DNA of 64,000 bases from Auanema rhodensis (GCA_964057225.1 OZ059895.1:14384001-14448000); one strand, 5' to 3'; numbered from the stretch's first letter, positions 13,257 through 25,132 are shown. Program-made: numbers and translations. The notes: a model not told the origin generated them from the sequence alone.

Positions 13257-16232
13257 TTATCTAAATTCACGAGTCAAAAGCCAAGTGATGCAAGTGCTAA
13301 GAAGAGATATTCATCAACTTCTTCTTCGACAGCTCCAAAATTTCAGATTAAAAGCAGATGCTTCTAGATTATTTCCTCTCAATCTCACGCAAAACATTGT
13401 GAATTTTGATTTTTTCCTTTGAACCTTCGTTATTTTCTCATTTATTTTATGATTATTATTATAATATTTCAACTATTATTTCTTATTTCTTACAATTTCT
13501 TACAAGTTTCAAACTATTTTAGCTTTTGCTACCTTTTCTCTCCCAATTCGTACAAATGATTTCCATCCTTATTCAGAAGTTTCTTCTACAATTTTTCGAA
13601 ATTCACAGTATCGCTTTGCCATTCCGAACGAAAAACCTTTATTGACTTTTCCTCCGATTGATATACTACCGTAATCTGTGTGAACGGCTTTTCATCAGCT
13701 CGTTTTCCAATGTTGCCGTCTGGTTGGAGGAAATAGTCATCCTCCTTCCTCAGATTGAAAGAACTTCAGATTGATTTCGAGTGATTCAGAACATCTCCTC
13801 CCTATTCTCTCTCTACACCCCCACCCCCCCCCCCTCTCTCTCTCCCTCTCTCTCTCTCTCTGTCTTTCATTTTGAGACTTTGTGTCATTCAAATAGAAGA
13901 AAAGAAATTCAGATCATAAGAAGAAGGAGAACAACGACTTTGACGAGGAACAAGGAAAACTAGACGATAAGACCAAAATCGGAAAGTTTCGTTGTCGTCG
14001 TTCCGCTGTTGGTTACGGTCGTATAGCAAATAGACATAGATACCGTATCTGAAGTGAAAACCTGTAACAAGCCAAATGAATCGAGAAATGGACCAACAAT
14101 GTTGAATTGGACCTCAACTCGGTGTGATATACACTTCCCTATGTAGTTTTCAACCATTAAGCTTGTATCATAGCTAACCTGCGTCATATGATATCAGATG
14201 ATTCTATTAGTTTTGAGCAGATTTGCATCATAAATCACTGAGCTCCACCTCATTTGTTCTCATTCAGGAGGCGACGAAAATTCAAAACCAAACGAGATGG
14301 AAAGCCCGATTTGAATTGGTGAACTGTCGTTCATCTAAATAGCAAAGTATCCTTAAATGCTTTACTTAATTCAGAAGAAGGCTGTCGATAAACTGCTCTT
14401 TAACTGTCATTTTTGATCCAATTTAGATAACTTATAATGTGTCGACAACAAGCGGCCGCCTTTTATCTCTGGCGCCTACCTCATTACTACTTCATCCAGA
14501 CGATGATGTGTTCGCCGTTCAGTTGTCCATTTTCTAACACTTGGCTCGAACACTGTCTCGTCGTGATCTTCATCATCTTCACCTTCTCGCTTCTCTCACA
14601 TTCGTCGTTTTAGCTCCTCTCTAGTCTCTGTCGATCAAACAGTCGTAGGGTCTTCGTTTGTCGTCCAAGTGTCTAGCATATCGTTCTTGGTCTTGGTGTT
14701 AGTTCGTACATTCACGCAGAGGTAGCTGGATACGATAATCAGAATACTGACAGACATATTGACGACGATAATCAAAATCATTCAAAAATCTGGGAGAGAA
14801 GATGATGATCTTCGTCTGAATTCTATTGAAATTCGCAGTTCGACACAGAATTCTCTTCATCTGCCTTTGAAGTCATTGTCATCATAGTTGGGCATGTTCT
14901 TCATCGTAATCATGTCCTTATATAGACATATATCAACTGATTAGGAACGTACTGAAAGACATCTGAAGACCCGCACCATTTGAACCTGTCCTTTGATCTT
15001 CGCCGACAGTTTGAATTCACCCATATCTGTATATGTGGCACAGAAAATTGAAACGAAATTTGAATTTCAGCCTCTACAGCTCATCCAAACAGATTTTTGT
15101 TTTTAAAAATCTGAGTCAAACCCTCTAAACGATGTATTCCAAGAGCTGCTGAAATCCAAGCAGAAGTCATGGATCAGCACAAACAGAGGTCGAATGGCAT
15201 GGTGTCCAAGGTAACCTTGGAACGTTAAAGGTCGTCGTCGTCGTCTTTACATAGAATTTCAAACTCCAGATTCTACTTTGAACTATACTTTCCATTACTT
15301 TTTCATTCACTTAATTCACATCTTTAATCTTCTTCCGATTTCTTAAGATCATATTAAGTATGTACTTCAACTTGTAACACAAGATGTACGACTACATTGA
15401 TCCCTTTTTAAGCTTGTCAGTCACCTCATCAGCCTTGTGTTGTGAATGTCTAGTTGAATGAAGCTTGGGCGGCAAGATGAAAGGATAGCCAAGAAGCGCG
15501 ACATTCATAGCCTACGGTAACGAGCTTCCTTCTTCTCATTCCCTTTAACTCCATTCTCTCTTTCTCTCTCTCTCTCTCCCTCTCTCTCAATTTCAAATCC
15601 TATTTCCTGTGGTAGCTCCAGCTTTAACCTTCATCCACTTCCTCAATCTCTTGTAGTCTACCTGATTCTCATCTTATCCACTCTTTCTGATCCCAGCACT
15701 TTGCATTCTGCTTCTGTTCTTACCAACTCTAGTCGGGTCTTCGGACTCAGAGCCAAACCAGCCAGCCAGTCAACCAGCAGCTGCAGCTAGTGTGGTTCTA
15801 GTGCCCGCCCCTCTTGGCTTGTCTATCTTGCCTTGTCTACAACCCCTTTTCTCTTGTATCCATCTTTATGTTTTCTTCCTCTCTGTATTTCTCTGTTTCT
15901 CTCATCTTTCCCTTCACTCTCTCGTCTCTATCTCTCGTTATCTGCCTCCTTTCCAGCCTCCTTTTACTTACTTGCCTGCAGTCCTTCTCGGTCGTCCGTC
16001 CTTCTCTTCCGCTTCAAATTTGCCGTACAGAAAGCTTGATTCGCTCTCCTCCTCCTTTAGTTCCCGTAAAAACCTTTCTAATAACCATTTGAAGCGAAAA
16101 CTCTTGAGAAATCGAGTCTGTAAGCTATTTCAAATATTACCTAATGATCATCATCATGAGAACATCATGAGATATGTTTCCCATTTTATTCAACTTTCAT
16201 CACCCATCAACTCCCCGTTTCTCTCACACTAT

Positions 16233-16235
<3 letters not shown>

Positions 16236-16283
<48 letters not shown>
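16236..16283. repeat. (CT)n microsatellite
   Basis: About 24 CT units. Confidence 0.95.
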
Positions 16284-16284
<1 letters not shown>

Positions 16285-18059
16285 ACCCTCTATCTCTACT
16301 TTATTTTCATCTTAATCTGCACCTTAAAAACTTCTAATGTCATCAGCACATGGTTCTTTCAAGACATCCAATTCAGCTCTTCCCAATGATTTATATGTAA
16401 AATTTTAAAATAATTTCGCACAAAGCTATATGATATAGTTAAGAAAAATCTTCAAATAGTTTTAACCATGCTAGCGTCACCCTGTCTACCGTACAGGATG
16501 ACTTTCCCAGACATCAAATTTTCATTTTTTTTTCTTCTCATTATTTGGTGTCCGAATGATGATGATGATGATGATTCTACAACTACATAGAAGGTCATCA
16601 AACTCACTTTGATTATCTTCGTCCATATTTCCATCAACATCATCATCATGTAGCTGCTATTACAACTACTGTTTCATCATGTTAACAAGCTCTTAACTTA
16701 CTTAACACTCAAGCTTCTTCTTCAATTCATTTCATTCCTTTTATGTCTTTTCAAATATCATTTTCTCTTGTTAAAGGTCAGAAAAGATATTTACTTTTTC
16801 CAAACAAAAACTTTTAAATCAACATCAATATTTGATTTCAAAAGAAGCTTCTATCCACCACATTTTTTGCTTCTCTCCCCTTCATTCATTCTATTCTATT
16901 TATTTTTCTATAAAATTCATATACAAATATTCCATGATTGTATGATTTTCTCGAAAAAAAAAAGAAAAACTTTTATAACCATTGAAGCAATTATTCTCAA
17001 AAGTCAGTTTAGTATCATCCCGCTTCATCATCATCATCATCATCATCCCCTTTGTCGTCGTCGTCGTCGTCGTCATGGATGTCTCTATCACCATTCTTAT
17101 CACTATTCATTCATTTTCTGCTTCCTATTTCGAGATGTTTCTTCAAAAATCATCTTACAGATCTCTTTATAGATCATTTAACCTTTCTCTCATTCATTCA
17201 TTTATCAATTATATTCCACCAACTTCAACAACGAACTTCATTTCTGCGGAAAAATGAAGTGTCTTGTATAGGATGTCAGTTTCCTTCCTTGAATTTTCTA
17301 AGTTACACAAAGCAACAACTCATTTTCAGTGATGCTTCCCCATCTCTTTTGGCCAATTCTTTTTAAACTTTTCATGTTCTTGAACCTTTTCAATTGTTGT
17401 TGTTGTTTATTCTCTCATAATGTAGCCAAGTTTCAAAAGTTATTTAACTTCTTAAACCTTAATTAAACTCATATCTTCATCCTTTTCTCATCTCATTGAG
17501 AAAAATGGCAAAAAAACGATGAAGAAAACTAATATTATCCATTTAATTCCTCATTTACTGTGACAACTATAGCCATATATCCTTTTATAGTCCGATTTAC
17601 AATGGCTACCACCTCATTTCTCATCTCATCATCATCATCATCCTTTTACTCATCACACCCATTTAACTATAATTTCTTCTTTTTTTCCTTCTTTTCATAT
17701 TAAATTTTACTAATTCAACTTCATTTTCTTTTAATAATTTTCATATTTTTAGACCTTTAATCTCAACTTCTTCTTCTTCTTCTTCATCCTCAACAAGAGT
17801 TCTCTACACTTATACATAGACGAACAACAAGAGTAGGGTGATAGCTATCGAATACGGCGACATACATATACACACACACACACACACATACTTCCACAAC
17901 TACTACTACTACTGCTACTGCTATTGCTACTAAGAAGCAACGAATTCTGACTTCTATTCATTATAGCCAGTTTTGGACAAGAGCACGATATACTCTCCAA
18001 CGTCGTCAGGAGAGCTCCTCACAGCCTTAAACCAGCCAGCCAGTCGCAGCTGCATAATC

Positions 18060-18135
18060 TCTCAAGCCAATCAACACGACTGGCCCCGCCCACTCGCTAT
18101 TACGGTAGCTGGTGGTCCTAGAAGACTTTTTCACA
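18060..18135 (+). promoter_or_regulatory. Putative egl-5 proximal promoter / 5' leader
   Basis: CCAAT at 18067-18071, GC box CCCCGCCC at 18084-18091 and TACGGTAG at 18101-18108, in a locally GC-rich patch just before the ATG. Confidence 0.4.
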
Positions 18136-21100
18136 ATGAATCCAACAGCCACGACGGCAGCCACACTCTCTTTCGATTTTTCGGCTTCCAGTAGCCAACC
18201 GGAAGCTAACGATCATCTTCAGGTTTGAATTATTTAAATTTATAAGTTTTAACTTCGAAACGTATTTTAACTATATGTAAAAAATTATTATTTTAATCCC
18301 TAAACTATAAGAATAATTATAAAATTATATTTAAAATCATTATATGTAATAAAAAACTTCATTTATATAAAGAAAATACATTTGTTGAAGCTTAAATAGG
18401 CGTCAAATACCATTTGAGGAAACTTTAACGAGCTATGACACAACTCAAGTGCCAACTTGAGGTTTCAATTCGTTTTTCATTTGTAATTCAAATCAATGAC
18501 TTTCTCTCACAAAACTTCTTATACTCATTATTCACTCAAAATCAACAGCATTAGCAAAAAGATAATCAATATTCAGTATTTCTAGGGAAATTGAGATAGA
18601 AAAGCCTTTTCCACCTGGTTTTTCGGAATAATCTTCCCACAACCTAATTCATAGTTTTTTGCCTTAAAAACCAAATGTTCCTCGAAAATTATAGGTTACA
18701 GGATGTGGGAAAAAGAGGCGAAGCCTTGTTACATCTCGCTTGTTTCAAAATGAAAATTTACATTTGGTTTTCAACAAGCATACATACGACGACTACCTTC
18801 CCAAGTTTTATTCACATTTTACAGCATATCAACAGCATTTTTCAACTTGAAACTTTAACATATCACATATCTTTCTAATTCATTTTACATTTATATTAAA
18901 TTTAAATATTTAAATATATATATAAACTGATAGTTATTAATATGATTTTCAGCGATTGGCTGCGATGACTCAGGGTGTTGGCAAAGAAGATCCCGATCAA
19001 GCTACTGCTCCATCAACAGATGCTCTATACTCAGGTATAACTTTGTGTATTTTTAATTTTTATTTTAAATAATCGATTATATAAATATATATATTTCTAT
19101 ATTATAACTAAAATATAATAGTTAAAATGTTTAACAAGATATAATGGTGATTAGAAACGCTCATTGTTGCGAACTACCGTATCCAATTTCCACCAAATGT
19201 TATGTGATTCTTGTCGGCTGCTCGTTGATTTTGAGATCGACATTTGAAAGACAGAACTAATATATTGAAAAATATTTTGCCAACACTACCATTGGCCTTT
19301 TTTCATTTAAAATTGGCTGAAATTTTTCAAAAAAAAAATAATAATATAATTAGTTGAAGAATATTAATAATTAAAATTCTTATAAACATTCCTGAACATT
19401 GTAGCTCTAGCGCTAGCTCTAGCTCTAGCTCAATTCAATCATCTTATCATATCACAATGTTATTGATGCTATTCATCTTATTTCAGCTGGAGCTGCTGCC
19501 TATATGCCCGGATATGCTGGATGGCCTAACTACTATCAGCAGTTTGGCCAACCAGCTCTAGCTCCTGCAGCATTTTCTGCTTGGCCACCGCAATGCTATG
19601 CCACTCCACACTGGCCAAACTACGGTAGGTCTTACTTTACGTCATTTTACGTGAGAAAAAACAAAACAATTCAAATATTTAAAATCTCTTCTTGCTTTCT
19701 TTCATGTTTTTTCTTTCTTTTCATTTTTTTCTGTTTATCTGAAGTACTCTGTTACCTTCGTTAAATTATCGTTTCTTTTGTTTTTCTTCTCAATTTTCAT
19801 TTTATTTTAGTCTTCTGATGATTTAAAAAGAATCTGTTTAATGTTTCTTCTATTCTTGCGTTTATCCTATCCCCTTCCTCCTCTTCCCACTATCTCAATG
19901 CTCTTCTGACTAAACGTTCATACTGTCCTCGTTTGCCGACAACCCTTTCTACCTGATTTGCATAGAAAACTCGTTTTAATCATGGCCATATACGATTGCA
20001 CGCAACTTTATCTCCTCCTACGCCTTTTCTTTCATACACCCCTATGCATAACTTTCTTTTTGAAAAATTTTAATCGAATTCGTCTGATACAGTATGGTTC
20101 ACATGACCAGCCGGTTTGTTCAGTCTTTCTCAGTTACGTGAACTTTCTAAAGTTCACGTGACCTGACTAGGCATCATATACCTAACAACGTGAGCACGTG
20201 AACTCAGAATCTTCAAAATATCAGATTTTGAGATGATGTTTGATTATTATTCAACAATAATTGAAAACGTTAGAAATAGAAAATTTTTCATGAATTTGTG
20301 CTGTATTATAGTTTCACCACTAGCTTGATGTATCTTGTCCTTAAGCAAAAATGTCCTAAATGGCACTCTTCTCAACGCTGATTTATGACTAACTTCAATG
20401 CTGCATGACGAGTTGTCTCCATGATCCGTCTTTGCCAAGTCTGCTCTAACTTCCGACGGATGTGATGCTAGTTCTTGGCGTCGATCCCTCTGGTGATGAA
20501 GAGCGAGACGACGACGTCCGCATGAGATTAGAAGGCAGTGTATATCGTTCTCTCGCTATCCTGCAAGCTACAGCCTTCACATGGCATAGAGCAATATCCC
20601 ACATCAGTACCCGTCGACCCTCCCTATATTTTGCTTTCGTCCCTTGTCTTATTAGCATTTTTGAACATCTGCACTAAAATGATCATGAAAGGCTTTTGAG
20701 AGTAGCCGGGAGTCTGTGGCTTATACTGAGGGTAGTAAGCAGAGTAAGGGATAGGGGGGAGGGTTGAAAAAGAGATAGAGAGAAATCGAGAGAGATAGAC
20801 AAAGAGATCGGCAATGGTAGTGCTAAGAAAGGGAAAGGGTAAAGGGGTGCAACCGGGTTGAAAGACCAGAACATACATGGTGAGAATGGCTAATTATGCC
20901 TCGTTATGCTATCAGATGAATGGCCTTGATGGCTATTCAGGAGCTCGGTAGGCTAAAAAGCCTTCTGAACACGATTATTGTGAAGCCTTCGGGGGTAACT
21001 CATTCATGATCCAAATATATGATGATATATTGGACGTGTCTGATGATAGACATGGGAAAGCAGAAACAAATTCAATTGATATCAAAATTGGTTTCCAACT

Positions 21101-21953
21101 GCTTTTCACCTGTCACATCCACAGCCGCCTTAGTGCGTTGTCATGCTCTCTGCAACTTGTCTCCTTCTCCTCTCTTGCTTCTTAACTTGTGATCATTTTT
21201 CCCTTTCATCCTTATCCTTTTCAACTTCTTCAAATTGTTTTTATCAAAATTTTGATCGACTGATGTGCTTCTGATGCTTGTGCTCGTGTGTGCTCGCCCC
21301 TTCTAGTGTCTGGCGACGCCGCGACAGGCAAACACACGCGAGTAGCTTGCCCAGGAACCATCTCGAGCTTTAAAATACTTTTTGCTTTGTTTTAAGTACT
21401 TCCTCTAAACTAAGAGGAAATACAGAAACAATTCAATTCAAAGTCCCTATACTCACGTGTGTTTGTTGCAGCGGCTTCGAAGAAGGGTCGACAAACCTAT
21501 CAGCGGTACCAAACGTCTGTGCTGGAGCAGAAATTCCAACAGTCCAGTTATGTGTCCAAGAAGCAGCGAGAAGAGTTACGTCTTCAGACAAATCTGACGG
21601 ATAGACAGATCAAGATATGGTTCCAGAATCGCAGGATGAAAGCTAAGAAAGAGAAACAACGCATCGATGATCATGTAGATAGCCATTCTGCCCCACTCTT
21701 GCCTCCCAACCCTCCACCTAAAAACCCGGGAGCTGGCTCAGCACCTGGCGCTACATCCGGAATGCTTGTTGACGACGACAGTAAAAAGTGGTTGGATGCT
21801 ACCGTGGTCGCCAGTTCGGCGCCGCCACCAACCGCTGTTTGGCCCGGTCTACCGCATCCAACCACGAACCTGTTGAGTTTACAGGGTCAAGGTGGACCTC
21901 AAGCTCAAAACCAGCAACCAAATCAGCAGCATTCATACTATTGTCCACCATGA
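18136..21953 (+). CDS. egl-5: Posterior (Abd-B-related) Hox protein EGL-5, 262 aa; exons 18136-18222, 18953-19034, 19487-19624, 21472-21953
   Basis: All introns are GT-AG and phases join. Spliced protein: MNPTATTAATLSFDFSASSSQPEANDHLQ/RLAAMTQGVGKEDP.../...[82 protein letters not shown]...YYCPP. The segments NDHL.RLAAMTQGVGKEDP, WPNY, the homeodomain and terminal CPP match C. elegans EGL-5 as recalled. Confidence 0.97.
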
Positions 21954-23138
21954 GTGCCTCTCAACCATCTACTTGTGCTTGATGAAGACGTCGTGTCATA
22001 TGAGTTCATGAGTCTAGTGCACATGACCTCATAATTCATCAGATGACGTTGTCGAAGAACTTCAGATGTCAGCAGCATTATCATAACGTAACCCAGCCAC
22101 TTTATCATCAATAACAACAACGATTCCGTTCTAGTCAAGATCTTCGTATACGTCCAATCCAATGATTCCTACCACAACCCAGCCCCCAGCCCCTATTTTA
22201 CCTACAAACAGACACAGACACACATATATAGACATGCACATACACATCGTAACCTGGTTTTTCTAAAATCCAAGTTAAAAAAAAATTTTTTTTTGTATTT
22301 CTATGACATTTACAAACATTTTTTCTTCTTCTTTTTTTTTCTGAGCAATTAATTATCTTAATTACAAAACAAAAAATTAATTTTACCCCATTCATCCATC
22401 AATTCTTCCTCTCATCTTCAATCGTTTTTTCTGATTTTGAATTACCTAATTTCATTTATCTAGTTAATGTATATCGTTCTTTCAAAACTATTTTAGAAGA
22501 CTTTCGTCTTCACAATCTCCTGCCCGGTTTTTACGTTATTTCCACTTACCGTAATCCAATTATTCATTACTTAAGTCAAGCTTATTCTATTCTGATTCTC
22601 GTCTTCTTATACTTTCACCTGATTTTCCTGGATATGTATATGCTACTTCATCTCCTTTCCATCTACCAAACATCCCCCTTTTTCAAACCATTATCTCGTT
22701 TCTCAAACTATAGTAACCATATATTCACGTACATCGGCAACCAGACTCCCGTTACCTTTCCTATCCCCCCCCTCCACTCCCTCCCACACATCTTCTTATA
22801 GGTATTGATATTATTCCATTAACTATATATATATATAATATAATATATATTTATACATATACAGCAGTTCTCCATATAATATGCTTTTTAATTGATTTTT
22901 ATAATCAATTATTCAATAATCTGTATGTCCGTCCGTCTTTTCTTCCTCCATATATGGTCATTCGACAGTCGGGTTCTCAATTTTTCAAAATATTTGTGCT
23001 TCATCACCCATCATCGTCTTCGTACTTTGTTTCATATAACAACAAAAAAATGTTAACTTTAGCCCATTTTCTTCCATTTCTTTTACTTTTATGCTGTTTA
23101 TTTTCTTCTTTCCGAGAAAAATATTCATTTAATCCTAT

Positions 23139-23144
23139 AATAAA
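23139..23144 (+). terminator. Candidate polyadenylation signal of the egl-5 terminal exon
   Basis: AATAAA ending a ~1.2-kb pyrimidine-rich 3' UTR-like stretch, ~300 nt before the ant-1 acceptor. Confidence 0.5.
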
Positions 23145-23448
23145 TCAATTTTTCAAACACTAACTTCCACATTTGTGTGTAAAATTTTAATAATTTGAGA
23201 AGATTATATGCTCGAAGTAGAAGTACAATGATTGAGATTTTCAAAACGTGAAGCTGAATCTAGTCGAGTAGGGCTGAACCGCACACAGTTACAATCAGAT
23301 TCAGCTCATAATAAGACAACACAATGATTCTAGATTATAGCATAGTATTCAACTATATCACATTAACTATATTACATATAATTATAATAATACAATTGAT
23401 TACAAGGAAATTATTTGTCGGAAATAACTATTTTTCCTCTTTTTTCAG

Positions 23449-23732
23449 TCGCTGAAATTTGCAAAAAACGTGGCCGACAGACCTACACTCGACATCAGAC
23501 CTTGGAATTGGAAAAAGAATTTCATTACAACAAATATCTAACCAGAAGGTATGTTTCTTCCTCCTTATCAATCATCAACATCAATTTCAGAAGACGTATT
23601 GAGCTGAACCGTACATTAGGCTTATCCGAGCGTCAAATCAAAATTTGGTTTCAAAATCGTCGAATGAAATTGAAAAAAGAAAACAAAGGCTGTGATGGAT
23701 CAGCTCCAGATTCCACATCATCGAACTCATAA
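23449..23732 (+). CDS. ant-1: Antennapedia-class (central Hox) homeobox exons 23449-23548 and 23591-23732; no own start codon, probably alternative 3' exons joined to egl-5 exons 1-3 (182-aa product)
   Basis: Strong acceptor TTTTTCAG at 23441-23448 and a 42-nt GTATGT..TTTCAG intron. Spliced homeodomain [60 protein letters not shown] is 49/60 identical to Drosophila Antp as recalled. RGRQ and RRRRIE distinguish it from MAB-5 (RTRQ, RKRRQE). Confidence 0.9.
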
Positions 23733-24046
23733 ACACGAATGTTTCACTTCAACTGTATATATACATAGACCTAAAGCATAGACATGTGTAGGCAATAATC
23801 ACGTTGTATCTGAATTTGAGCTCCAAAAAAGCTCTAACTGCCATATTAACGAAGTCCACTGACCCTAGTCCATACACTTGTACTTCATTGATCTCATCAC
23901 TTGCAAATTTTGATTTTGCCATTTCATTACTTCAAGTTTGTTAAACTTTTAAGGAAAATGTTGTCTTTTCATTATCCTTGTCATATATGTCACTTTTATG
24001 TATTTATTTCATTATTTGATGGCTGTCTGTATACAGGCAACTTGAA

Positions 24047-24103
24047 AATAAAATGCTTTCAGTCTCTTGTCTTGTCCCAATTCCCGACGTCTTTTTCAAT
24101 AAA
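24047..24103 (+). terminator. Candidate polyadenylation signals of the ant-1 terminal exon
   Basis: AATAAA at 24047-24052 and 24098-24103, 315-370 nt after the stop. Confidence 0.5.
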
Positions 24104-25099
24104 TTCTTGATTTGGAGAATATACTACCGTATGAACTACCGTAATCATTATATATATGAAGAATAGAGAAAAGAAATGAAAAGCAGAAACGAAAAAGGTA
24201 ATTGCTTTAGTGAATGAAAGCATAGATAGAGAGTTGGAGAGGAGAGGGAGACAGGGGGCAGCGCAGCCGCGAGAGAGACACACGGCCAAAAGAAAATAAT
24301 ATGCGAAGAGGAGGAGGAAGAACTACAGTGTACCATTGATTCAAAATTAAAAGTTATTGAAGTTAAGGGAAGCGAACTAAGAAGAAGGGAAGAGGAAGGA
24401 AGACGACATATAGAAACCTTCAGATGATTTTTCAAGATGACCATTCTAATGAAAACGAGACAAAAGACTCATTTTGAATTTTGGCGCCCACGTCATCAGA
24501 ATCGAAGGTTTAATGTGATTTCATTGGATGACCATTACAAACTGATGCCAAACGAATTACAAAGAGTGATGAAGAAAGATGTAATTGAATATTCGTAGAA
24601 GGAAGTTCATGCGTGAACATCCTTCAATAAAGGTAAAACTTCGTTGGTAATAGCAAATGATATCACCTCATATTCACTTGACTTAAAGACAAATGTTTTG
24701 AGAAGAAATGACGAGGTTGGGAGAGTAAGCTCAATCTGTTGACATCGACAAGAGTAAAGAGCTACAGTAATCCATACTACTGACTTTGCTTTATGAATAG
24801 AAGTGAGTAGAACGAGAGCCGACCAAGGAAAAGCAGGAAGAAAATGGCAGAGAGAGAGAAAACAGATAGAGGGACTAGAGAAAAGAGGTAAATGGTGTGT
24901 GGAAACACAGGATAGAACAGAAAGAAAAGAGAAAGTCGTTGCTTTGCTGGCTCCTTTTATGGCCATAATACTCATTTCCTAGTGACGGAGACAGAAGTCT
25001 AATAGCTTTTTTCCCTCTTCATATTCATGAGACTAAATACAGGATTAGATTAGTTCAAAACTAATCGGGAATATATAGAGAGAGTGAAGATAAAGGAAG

Positions 25100-25132
25100 A
25101 GAGAGAGGGAGAGAGAGAGAGAGAGAGAGAGA
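25100..25132. repeat. (GA)n microsatellite
   Basis: Direct reading of sequence. Confidence 0.9.

Noticed and set aside
16476-16502. Hairpin GTCACCCTGT-loop-ACAGGATGAC containing a miR-10/57-like ACCCTGT
   Set aside because: A 10-bp stem is too short for a pre-miRNA, and the rest does not match the mature miR-10 family sequence.
5900-17400. Numerous 60-180 aa ORFs rich in S/L/F or H/R runs
   Set aside because: They are translations of (CT)n, (CAT)n and (CGT)n tracts, with no splice chain or domain similarity.
20446-20878. Overlapping ORFs in egl-5 intron 3 as a nested gene or own first exon for ant-1
   Set aside because: No YPWM-like motif, no convincing acceptor/donor pair and low complexity.
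22146-22153. GTATACGT in the egl-5 3' UTR, complementary to the miR-iab-4 5' end
   Set aside because: A single 8-mer. iab-4 is not known to me from nematodes and no precursor was seen in the window.
20740-22790. Long-range pairing between the purine island in egl-5 intron 3 and a pyrimidine tract in the 3' UTR that could loop out the egl-5 terminal exon
   Set aside because: Only ~8-bp low-complexity complementarity was found by eye; it would need folding and covariation evidence.
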